Shown in pieces: positions 9,013 to 17,222 of a stretch of 50,791 bases of DNA. The stretch covers positions 1 to 50,791 of the forward strand of contig JAJCZW010000195.1 in NCBI GenBank assembly GCA_029262155.1. The letters run 5' to 3'. Made by a program: the position numbers and the translations under genes. How positions within the stretch are numbered: position 1 is the stretch's first letter; each line of letters begins with the position of its first letter. Under the pieces are notes generated by a model. The model was not told the DNA's origin, ran no database searches, and worked only from the letters and a program-made list of their open reading frames with translations. Source of the stretch: Gemmatimonadota bacterium (lineage in GTDB: Bacteria > Gemmatimonadota > Gemmatimonadetes > Gemmatimonadales > GWC2-71-9).

Positions 9013-9705
9013 ATGAAAGTTCTCGTCGTCGAAGATGATCGGAAGGTGGCCGGGTTTATCGAGCTTGGCCTCAAGGAAGAGGGCTATGTCGTTGATGTCG
9101 CCTCGGATGGCGAGGAGGCAACGATGATGGCCCACGTCTACCAATATGACGTGATTCTTCTGGACATCATGCTGCCGAAGAAGAACGGATTCCAGGTTGC
9201 GATGGAGTTGCGGCGGGAGGGACGGAGTACACCCATTCTCATGCTCACCTCCCGCGACGCCGTCGAAGATATTGTCCGCGGATTGGATGCGGGTGCCGAC
9301 GACTATCTGGCCAAGCCATTTCGGTTCGAGGAACTCCTTGCCCGGGTTCGAGCCCTTGCCAGACGGGGCGGCGCTGAGCGGATGGAAACCCTTCGCTTTG
9401 GGACGATCGTTATGGACCGGCTTCGTCACACTGTGACGGTGGTCGACCAGATCATCGACCTGACCGCAAAAGAGTTTCAGCTACTCGAGTATTTCCTCCT
9501 TCACCCGGAGGAGGTCGTGCGGAGGACTTCACTGTTGGAAAAGGTGTGGGATATGCATTTTGATCCCGAGAGCAACGTGGTCGACGTGCATATCGGGAAT
9601 CTCCGGCGGAAGCTGAAGCAAGCATCTGCGTTGGAGAAAATCGAGACCATCCGTGGGGTCGGGTTCGCCCTCCGGCCCACGACCGAGGCTGTCTCCCGAC
9701 GGTGA
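9013..9705 (+). CDS. OmpR/PhoB-family response regulator (CusR/CzcR-like)
   Basis: VLVVEDD, LLDIMLP, GADDYLAKPF, LTAKEFQLL, SNVVDVHIGNLRRKL, IETIRGVGF. Confidence 0.96.
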   Translation: MKVLVVEDDRKVAGFIELGLKEEGYVVDVASDGEEATMMAHVYQYDVILLDIMLPKKNGFQVAMELRREGRSTPILMLTSRDAVEDIVRGLDAGADDYLAKPFRFEELLARVRALARRGGAERMETLRFGTIVMDRLRHTVTVVDQIIDLTAKEFQLLEYFLLHPEEVVRRTSLLEKVWDMHFDPESNVVDVHIGNLRRKLKQASALEKIETIRGVGFALRPTTEAVSRR

Positions 9706-11549
9706 GTGCCGTTCCGGCGGTTGTGCGTCTCCCGGCCGCCACCCTTCTCGCCCTGGTGCTGGGTGCGCTCGGCCTCCTTCATCCGGCGACGTCCCCTTAC
9801 GTCGACCTTTTCTGGCACATCGCCCTCTACGGATTTGGGATCCCGGTCCTCTGGGATACCGTGCGCGGCATTCTACACGGTCGTTGGGCGACCGACTTAG
9901 TTGCCGCCCTTGCCATCCTGACGGCGATGTTCCTCGACCAACCGTTCGCAGGACTCATCATCGTCCTCATGCAATCTGGTGGCGCGGCCTTGGAAGCCCA
10001 CGCCGTGTCCCGGGCAACGGCGGCAGTCCGTCTCTTGGAGGCGGAGGCGCCGCAGATCGCCCACCGGATCGCTGCCCCCGGTGTCGTGGATGATGTCTCG
10101 GTCGATCGTGTTGTTGTCGGAGATCGGCTCCTCGTCAGGCCCGGGGAGATGGTCCCGTGCGACGGCACCGTCGTGGCGGGACACTCTTCTGTTGATACCG
10201 CCCGGGTCACAGGAGAACCGCTTCCGCTGACCGCGACCCTCGGCACCTCGTTGCAGAGCGGGATGGTCAATCTATCCGGACCACTCACGCTGTCGGTTAC
10301 CGCCCCGGCGCGTGAAAGCCTCTACGCCCGCGTGGTCGAATTGGTTCGCCATGCCCAAGCAAGCAAGGCTCCGGTGCAGCGTGTTGCGGACCGGTTCGCG
10401 ATTTGGTTCACGCCACTCACGCTCGGGGTCTGCGTTCTGGCATGGTTCGCAAGCGGCGAGGCACTTCGTGTTCTCGCCGTTCTCGTCGTTGCGACCCCCT
10501 GCCCTATGCTGCTGGCGACACCGGTTGCGATTCTCGGAGGAGTGAACCGTGCGGCTCGTGACCAGATCATTATCCGACATGGTGGGGCGCTCGAATCGCT
10601 CGCGCGGGTGAATACCGTGGTATTTGACAAGACCGGAACACTGACGGTTGGTCGCCCGGAGGTGGTCATGGTGGAGTCGGCCGGCGCAGTGAACGAAAAC
10701 CAAATCCTCTCCTGGGCGAGTGCGGTCGAGCATGGGGCAAGCCATCCGCTTGCCCGGAGTATTGAACGTGCCGCGAGCGAACGACAGATCCCTCTCCTCC
10801 CGACGACCGCTACGGAGGAGTTCCCCGGCCGGGGGGTTCGGGGCACGGTCGAAGGGCGTCGGGTTGTAGTTGGATCTACCAGCTTGGTCCGGGAGCTGGA
10901 GCCGGGGATCGGTCATGTTTCGTTTTCACCAGTGCGACATGATCTGAGCGCCTTGGTCGCCGTCGATGGCCGGTTGGTTGGACGTATCAGCTTTTCCGAT
11001 CGGATTCGCCCCGATGCTGCCGCCGCGTTGCAATCTCTCCGGAGCCTTGGCATCGATCGCACGGTCCTCCTCTCTGGTGACGACCCCGACAACGTCTCCG
11101 CGTTGGCAGCGGAGCTCCACTTCGGTGAAGCGCACGGTGGACTCCTCCCGGATGAAAAGCTTGCGGCCGTGGCTGCCCTCGAACAGGACAAGGCCGTTGT
11201 CCTTATGGTGGGAGATGGAACCAACGATGCGCCAGCACTAAGTTTTGCCACTGTCGGAATGGCCTTGGCCAGCCACGGCGGGGGGATCAGTGCCGAATCG
11301 GCCGATGTGGTTCTCCTGGGGGATCAGTTGAACCGGGTCCCCCAAGCGGTGGCAATTGGACGGCGAACCCTCCGCATCGCGCACCAGAGCCTCTGGTGGG
11401 GGCTCGGATTGAGTGGGGTGGCGATGATCTTCGCGGCCGCGGGGGGCATTACCCCGGCGGTTGGCGCGGTGCTACAGGAGGGGATTGACGTCGCGGTCAT
11501 CGCCAATGCTCTCCGCACGGCTTGGCCCGGTTCCAGAGTATCTTCATGA
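9702..11549 (+). CDS. Heavy-metal P1B-type ATPase, P1B-5 subgroup
   Basis: TGEP, TPCP, DKTGT, SHP, GDGTNDAPAL; QSLWWGLGLSGVAM (Qx4Gx3Sx3M) and PAVGAVLQEGIDVAVIAN (Px6QEx2Dx5N). Confidence 0.9.
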   Translation: MSAVPAVVRLPAATLLALVLGALGLLHPATSPYVDLFWHIALYGFGIPVLWDTVRGILHGRWATDLVAALAILTAMFLDQPFAGLIIVLMQSGGAALEAHAVSRATAAVRLLEAEAPQIAHRIAAPGVVDDVSVDRVVVGDRLLVRPGEMVPCDGTVVAGHSSVDTARVTGEPLPLTATLGTSLQSGMVNLSGPLTLSVTAPARESLYARVVELVRHAQASKAPVQRVADRFAIWFTPLTLGVCVLAWFASGEALRVLAVLVVATPCPMLLATPVAILGGVNRAARDQIIIRHGGALESLARVNTVVFDKTGTLTVGRPEVVMVESAGAVNENQILSWASAVEHGASHPLARSIERAASERQIPLLPTTATEEFPGRGVRGTVEGRRVVVGSTSLVRELEPGIGHVSFSPVRHDLSALVAVDGRLVGRISFSDRIRPDAAAALQSLRSLGIDRTVLLSGDDPDNVSALAAELHFGEAHGGLLPDEKLAAVAALEQDKAVVLMVGDGTNDAPALSFATVGMALASHGGGISAESADVVLLGDQLNRVPQAVAIGRRTLRIAHQSLWWGLGLSGVAMIFAAAGGITPAVGAVLQEGIDVAVIANALRTAWPGSRVSS

Positions 11550-11636
11550 CAATCATCATCAATGGTCCCGACCGGATTTGTCAGTGGGTCCGGTGGGCTC
11601 TGTCCCCAGATCCTCACGTTGCCGCTAGGAGACTTC

Positions 11637-13829
11637 ATGACCTCCCCGCTCGAGTCATTCTCGTACGATGACGCGATAGTACGGAAATTCCTCACCGCAA
11701 CCCTCCTCTGGGGGGTGGTGGGAATGCTGGTGGGATTGGTGATCGCCCTCCAACTGGCCAACCCCGCCTTCAACTTTGACATCCCGTGGTTGTCGTTCGG
11801 ACGGCTGCGACCGCTCCACACCAATGCGGTCATCTTCGCCTTCGCGGGGAACGCGTTCTTCACTGGGGCGTACTACTCAACCCAACGATTGCTCAAAGCG
11901 CGAATGTTCAGCGACACCTTGAGCACGCTTCATTTTTGGGGATGGCAACTGATCATTGTCTCCGCGGCCCTGACGCTGCCCCTGGGATTCACCCAGGCCA
12001 AAGAATACGCGGAACTGGAATGGCCGATTGACATCGCGATTACCATCGTATGGGTGATTTTTGCAGTCAATTTTTTCGGTACCATTGCCCGCCGTCGAGA
12101 GCGCCATCTGTATGTGGCCATCTGGTTTTACATCGCCAGTATCGTGACCGTGGCCATCTTGCACATCTTCAACAACCTGTCGCTGCCGGTCACGTTGTTT
12201 AAGAGCTACTCGCTCTATGCTGGCGTCCAAGATGCCTTCATGCAGTGGTGGTATGGTCACAACGCGGTCGCCTTTTTCCTGACGACTCCGTTCCTTGGCC
12301 TTATGTATTACTTCATGCCGAAGGCGGCCGAGCGCCCCATCTTCAGCTATCGGTTATCGATTCTCCACTTTTGGTCGTTGGTCTTTCTCTATATCTGGGC
12401 TGGCCCCCACCATCTCCACTACACCGCACTACCCGAGTGGGCCTCGACACTGGGGATGGTCTTTTCCATCATGCTTTGGATGCCAAGTTGGGGTGGGATG
12501 GTGAACGGGCTGCTGACCCTTCGCGGTGCTTGGCGCAAGGTGGCGGAAGACCCGGTCCTCAAATTCTTCGTCGTCGCCATAACCGCCTACGGGATGTCGA
12601 CCTTTGAAGGACCAATGCTCTCGATCAAGAGCGTCAACGCCTTGGCCCACTACACCGACTGGGTGATCGCCCATGTCCATACCGGTGCATTGGGTTGGAA
12701 TGGCTTCATGGCAGCGGGGATGGCATACTGGCTGGCCCCCCGCCTCTTCCAAACCAAGCTGCACAGCATCAAGCTCGCCGAGATTCACTTTTGGGTCGCG
12801 ACCCTTGGCATCCTCCTCTATGTCACGGCGATCTATAACGCGGGCCTCACCCAGGGGCTGATGTGGCGGGCCTTCGATGAGACCGGTCGCCTGCAGTTCC
12901 CTGACTTTGTGGAGACCGTGGTCCGGTTACTTCCGATGTATTGGGTACGCGTCGCTGGAGGCGCACTCTACCTCACCGGCATGCTGATCTTCGCCTACAA
13001 CATTGTCATGACCTGGCGCAGTCGGCCGACGACCTACACGGTCCCCGTCATCCAGGCGCCTCGCCTGCTCCCGGTGGCTGCCCTCGCGCCATCCACCCCA
13101 CCAACCCTGGGATGGTACCGCCGGTTCCTCCAGGCCGCCTGGCATCGGACGTGGGAGCGCCTTCCGCTCACCTTTACCGTCATGGTCCTAGTGGCCGTGG
13201 TCGTGGCGTCTCTATTCGAGATCATCCCCACCTTCTTGATTCGATCGAACGTTCCCACGATCGCCAGTGTGCAACCCTACACGCCGCTGGAACTGGCAGG
13301 CCGCGATATCTACATCCGCGAAGGGTGCTTTAACTGTCACAGCCAGATGATTCGCCCGCTCCGCCACGAGACGGAACGCTACGGCGAATACAGCAAACCG
13401 GGAGAGTCGGTCTATGAACACCCCTTCCTTTGGGGCTCCCGGCGGATCGGGCCCGACCTGGCGCGCGAAGGGGGGAAGTACCCCGACCTCTGGCATGTGC
13501 GCCACATGGAGGACCCAAGCGCGATTACCCCGAACTCAATCATGCCGGGATATAGCCACCTCCTGCGCAACCCCCTCGATTTTGAAGGGATTCAGGGCCG
13601 GGTCGATGTGATGGCTATGCTGGGCGTCCCCTATGGGGCTGCGATTGAACGGGCCCCAGCGATGGCCCGGGAGCAGGCGCAGGCGCTGGCCGAGGCAATC
13701 GAGGCACAGGGTGGCCCTTCAGACCTGAGCGACAAAGAGATCGTCGCGATGGTCGCCTATCTCCAACGACTTGGCACTGACCTCAGCCGTGCAGTTCCAG
13801 CGGCGAACCAAACGGGAGGAACCCAATAA
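11637..13829 (+). CDS. ccoN: cbb3-type cytochrome c oxidase, fused subunits I and II (CcoN-CcoO)
   Basis: GRLRPLHTNAVIFAF, WWYGHNAV, WAGPHHLHY, AHVHTGALGW, followed by CcoO GRDIYIREGCFNCHSQMIRP, WGSRRIGPDL; AGGAG RBS. Confidence 0.97.
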   Translation: MTSPLESFSYDDAIVRKFLTATLLWGVVGMLVGLVIALQLANPAFNFDIPWLSFGRLRPLHTNAVIFAFAGNAFFTGAYYSTQRLLKARMFSDTLSTLHFWGWQLIIVSAALTLPLGFTQAKEYAELEWPIDIAITIVWVIFAVNFFGTIARRRERHLYVAIWFYIASIVTVAILHIFNNLSLPVTLFKSYSLYAGVQDAFMQWWYGHNAVAFFLTTPFLGLMYYFMPKAAERPIFSYRLSILHFWSLVFLYIWAGPHHLHYTALPEWASTLGMVFSIMLWMPSWGGMVNGLLTLRGAWRKVAEDPVLKFFVVAITAYGMSTFEGPMLSIKSVNALAHYTDWVIAHVHTGALGWNGFMAAGMAYWLAPRLFQTKLHSIKLAEIHFWVATLGILLYVTAIYNAGLTQGLMWRAFDETGRLQFPDFVETVVRLLPMYWVRVAGGALYLTGMLIFAYNIVMTWRSRPTTYTVPVIQAPRLLPVAALAPSTPPTLGWYRRFLQAAWHRTWERLPLTFTVMVLVAVVVASLFEIIPTFLIRSNVPTIASVQPYTPLELAGRDIYIREGCFNCHSQMIRPLRHETERYGEYSKPGESVYEHPFLWGSRRIGPDLAREGGKYPDLWHVRHMEDPSAITPNSIMPGYSHLLRNPLDFEGIQGRVDVMAMLGVPYGAAIERAPAMAREQAQALAEAIEAQGGPSDLSDKEIVAMVAYLQRLGTDLSRAVPAANQTGGTQ

Positions 13830-13830
13830 C

Positions 13831-14031
13831 ATGCGTCTCTCCGATATCATGGCAGCGGCCGGTCTTTCCGGTTGGGCCGAAGCCGCACTGGTGCTCTTCC
13901 TTGCTGCATTCGTGACGATCCTGATCGCGGTGATGGCCCCGAGTCGACGCCAGGAATTCGACCGGCTCAGTCGCCTCCCTCTCGACGATGATTCCCCGTT
14001 CTCTTCCGACGCTAACGGAGGAACGCAATGA
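13831..14031 (+). CDS. ccoQ: cbb3 oxidase small subunit CcoQ/FixQ
   Basis: Single TM helix followed by the SRLPLDDD tail; lies between ccoNO and ccoP. Confidence 0.85.
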   Translation: MRLSDIMAAAGLSGWAEAALVLFLAAFVTILIAVMAPSRRQEFDRLSRLPLDDDSPFSSDANGGTQ

Positions 14032-14630
14032 CGGATCCTACCCCTAACGATCCCCTGTTACTCGACCACGAGTACGACGGTATCCAGGAGTATGACAACC
14101 CGCTCCCGCGATGGTGGGTGTGGCTCTTCTGGATCACCATCGTCTATTCCATTCTCTATGTCCTCAACGTCCCCGGGATCGGCATGGGCGCTGGCCGAGT
14201 GGCTGTGTACGAGGCCGATGTGGAAGCAGCGAACGCCATCCGCGGCAGCGGCGAGGCTGTGGCAAGTGGAGCCACGGATAGTGCGCTCACCGTGATGTCC
14301 GGGCGCCCCGACCTCGTGGCAGCAGGAGCAACGATCTATGGAACCCGGTGTGCCGTCTGCCACGGCGCAGATGGCGGCGGGATCATCGGCCCCAACCTCA
14401 CCGATGCATTCTGGCTCCATGGTGCTGCCCCAAGCGAGATCCACCGTACGATTTCCGCCGGTGTGCTGACGAAAGGAATGCCGGCGTGGGACAGGGTCCT
14501 CACACCGGACGAGGTGACACAGGTGACGACCTACGTGATGAGTCTTGGCGGAACCACACCGGCGGCGCCCAAACCGCCTGAAGGAGAGCGCCACGAACCA
14601 TCCGTCGAACCAGAGGTTCCGCCTCGGTGA
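14028..14630 (+). CDS. ccoP: cbb3 oxidase subunit III CcoP (monoheme)
   Basis: DHEYDGIQEYDNPLPRWW, single CAVCH, GPNLTD, KGMPAW. Confidence 0.93.
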   Translation: MTDPTPNDPLLLDHEYDGIQEYDNPLPRWWVWLFWITIVYSILYVLNVPGIGMGAGRVAVYEADVEAANAIRGSGEAVASGATDSALTVMSGRPDLVAAGATIYGTRCAVCHGADGGGIIGPNLTDAFWLHGAAPSEIHRTISAGVLTKGMPAWDRVLTPDEVTQVTTYVMSLGGTTPAAPKPPEGERHEPSVEPEVPPR

Positions 14631-16042
14631 CTTCGGGACCGGCAGCTCGTGCCCCTGGCAGGGTCCTCGCAACCCTGAACGAAGACGGATCCCGACGGTG
14701 GATCCGGCCTAAGCAGTCCACCGGCCGGTTTTGGAAGGCCCGTCGCGCAGTGGCGTACGGCCTCATGCTGGTCTTCTTCGTCATCCCGTACATACCGGTT
14801 CGAGGCAAGCCACTCATCTTCCTCGACATACCGCGCCGACAATTCACCATCCTCGGAACGACGTTTCTTCCGACCGACACCCTGTTGCTCATGTTGCTCA
14901 TGGTGAGTGCTGCCATCGCAATCTTTCTGTTGACGGCGATGGTGGGACGAGCGTGGTGTGGGTGGGCCTGCCCCCAGACGGTGTATCTCGAGTTCCTCTT
15001 TCGCCCGATCGAGCGCTGGCTCGAAGGGGGTCGCACGGGATCGATGCTCCTCGATCGGGAAGGCAAGCGCTTGCCCCGGCAGCGGATCGTCAAGTACGGG
15101 GTCTATCTCTTTCTCGCCCTTTTCCTGGCCCACACCTTTCTCGCCTATTTTGTCGGGATCGATCAGTTGCTGGTGTGGGTCCGTCAGTCGCCGTGGGAGC
15201 ATCCGACGTCCTTTCTCGTTATGGCCGGCACGACCGCCGCCATCTTCGCCAACTTCACGTATTTCCGAGAGCAGACCTGTCTCGTGGCCTGCCCATACGG
15301 TCGGTTGCAATCGGTTCTGCTCGACCGACAATCGGTGATCGTGGGATATGATGAGCAGCGCGGTGAACCCCGGCACCGTTCTGTGCACAAAGCCCCATCT
15401 GGGGCTGGTGACTGCATCGATTGCCAAGCATGCGTGCTAACCTGCCCCACGGGGATCGATATTCGGGACGGGTTGCAGATGGAGTGTATTCACTGCACCC
15501 AGTGCATCGACGCCTGTGACCAGATCATGGATCGTGTCGGCCGGCCCCGGGGCCTCATTCGATACTCATCCCAGGAGAGTCTCGCGACAGGTCGTCGTCG
15601 CCTGCTCCGCCCCCGAGTGGTGATCTATCCGGCGCTTCTCCTTCTTTCCCTCGGAGCCTTGGGCTTTGCCCTCGGCACCAAGAGTGACACCGATGTCACC
15701 ATTCTCCGTGGCGGAGGAGCACCGTTCTCCCAAGAGGCGAACGGGAGTATCGTCAACCAACTCCGGCTCAAGGTCACGAACCGGCAACGCACCTCCCGCT
15801 CATATACGATCTCACTCCCAGACGCGCCCGACCTCACCCTTGTCGCCCCAATCAATCCCCTTCAGGTAACCGGTGGGGCCGTTGACGAGACCAGTATCTT
15901 CGTCGTCATTCCACCGACCAGCTTTGTCAACGGTGCGCGAACAGTCACGATCCGCCTGGAGGATGGTGCCGGGTTCGTTGGAACGTATCAGTACATGATG
16001 GTCGGCCCCGAACCCCCTCCCGATCAGGATGAGCATCGATGA
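14627..16042 (+). CDS. ccoG: Cytochrome c oxidase accessory protein CcoG (FixG)
   Basis: GRAWCGWACPQTV, REQTCLVACPYGRLQ, CIDCQACVLTCPTGIDIRDGLQMECIHCTQCIDAC. Confidence 0.96.
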   Translation: MTSGPAARAPGRVLATLNEDGSRRWIRPKQSTGRFWKARRAVAYGLMLVFFVIPYIPVRGKPLIFLDIPRRQFTILGTTFLPTDTLLLMLLMVSAAIAIFLLTAMVGRAWCGWACPQTVYLEFLFRPIERWLEGGRTGSMLLDREGKRLPRQRIVKYGVYLFLALFLAHTFLAYFVGIDQLLVWVRQSPWEHPTSFLVMAGTTAAIFANFTYFREQTCLVACPYGRLQSVLLDRQSVIVGYDEQRGEPRHRSVHKAPSGAGDCIDCQACVLTCPTGIDIRDGLQMECIHCTQCIDACDQIMDRVGRPRGLIRYSSQESLATGRRRLLRPRVVIYPALLLLSLGALGFALGTKSDTDVTILRGGGAPFSQEANGSIVNQLRLKVTNRQRTSRSYTISLPDAPDLTLVAPINPLQVTGGAVDETSIFVVIPPTSFVNGARTVTIRLEDGAGFVGTYQYMMVGPEPPPDQDEHR

Positions 16043-16533
16043 CCAGGATGGGTGGAAGCGGACGCTGGTGGCCCTGGAGTCTCACGATCGTTCTGGGTCT
16101 CACGGTCGCTGGAAACGCTTGGCTCTGGCGAGTTGCCAATTCCGATCCTTCCTTTGCGGTAGAACCTGACTACTACCAGCAGGCAATCCACTGGGATTCC
16201 ACCACCGCACGGTCCAGGAGGAGTGCTGCACTCGGGTGGTCGGTGGACGCGTCCCTGACCGCTGTCGCCAATGGCACCCAGCTCCGCGTGACGGTGCGGG
16301 ATCCGGATGGCCAACCAATGCAAGACGTCAGGCTGTCTGCGAATGCCCGGCACACAGCACGCGCAGCGATCATCTATCCCCTAGTCTTCACTCCAACGAT
16401 CGACAGTGGATTTCTGGGGACTGTTCCCTCAACCCGATCGGGGCGATGGGAGGTGCGGCTCAGTGCCGTGCGGGCCACCGATCATTATGTTGCCACCCTC
16501 CGTCTCGAATCCGTCCCTCCGCCCGACCGATGA
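16039..16533 (+). CDS. ccoH: FixH/CcoH family protein
   Basis: N-terminal TM, VEPDYYQQAIHWD, ALGW, GRWEVRL; position in the operon. Confidence 0.85.
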   Translation: MTRMGGSGRWWPWSLTIVLGLTVAGNAWLWRVANSDPSFAVEPDYYQQAIHWDSTTARSRRSAALGWSVDASLTAVANGTQLRVTVRDPDGQPMQDVRLSANARHTARAAIIYPLVFTPTIDSGFLGTVPSTRSGRWEVRLSAVRATDHYVATLRLESVPPPDR

Positions 16534-17222
16534 CCGTCGTGCTGCCAGTCCTCATCGCCAGCATCCTCGGAAGCCCGCATTGCCTCGCCATGTGTGGTCC
16601 CTTTGTCTGCCTCTACGCCCATGACCCCGACGCGCCCACTCTCCACCTAAGCCACCTCGCCTATCACGGTGCGAGACTCCTTTCCTACCTCACCATGGGT
16701 GCCCTGGCTGGTTTCGTTGGAAGTAGTGCTGATCTCGCGGCCCTCGCACCTGGCCTTCCCCGGACGTCGGCCATGATGGCTGGGCTCTTCATGATTCTTT
16801 GGGGGATGTTCTCGATCGGGCGCGCCCTTGGACTCCGCCCCCGATGGCCCGGCACGCACCGAACCGGGCAGCTCGCTCGACGCCTCGCCGCCCCGCTTGC
16901 CAACCGGTCCGTATCCGTTCGGGCATTTGGCCTGGGGCTGCTCACCGCGATCCTCCCCTGCGGGTGGCTCTGGGTATTCGTGGCCACTGCGGCTGGCACA
17001 GGATCCGCGATGGGTGGGGCGGTCACGATGGGTGTGTTTTGGGTCGGAACCGTTCCAATGCTGTTGACCGTCGCCTGGACGGCTCGCCGCGTCCTGGGAG
17101 CGGTCGGCCAGCGACTCCCGTTGGCCACCGCGGTCGTCGTCCTTCTCCTCGGATTCCTGACGCTCTTTGGTCGACTAGACCCCCAACTGCTCTCAAGCGG
17201 AGTTGGACATGCCGGCCACTAG
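16530..17222 (+). CDS. DsbD_2 / TauE-SafE-like cbb3 maturation membrane protein
   Basis: GSPHCLAMCGP, YHGARLLSY, LPCGWL, MGVFWVGTVP; ATGA coupling to ccoH. Confidence 0.9.
   Translation: MTVVLPVLIASILGSPHCLAMCGPFVCLYAHDPDAPTLHLSHLAYHGARLLSYLTMGALAGFVGSSADLAALAPGLPRTSAMMAGLFMILWGMFSIGRALGLRPRWPGTHRTGQLARRLAAPLANRSVSVRAFGLGLLTAILPCGWLWVFVATAAGTGSAMGGAVTMGVFWVGTVPMLLTVAWTARRVLGAVGQRLPLATAVVVLLLGFLTLFGRLDPQLLSSGVGHAGH

Noticed and set aside
11546-11559. FNR-like box ATGAC-AATC-ATCAT upstream of ccoN
   Set aside because: Three mismatches to TTGAT-N4-ATCAA, overlaps the ATPase stop codon, and no FNR gene is in the window; the 11-bp repeat pattern also does not hold here
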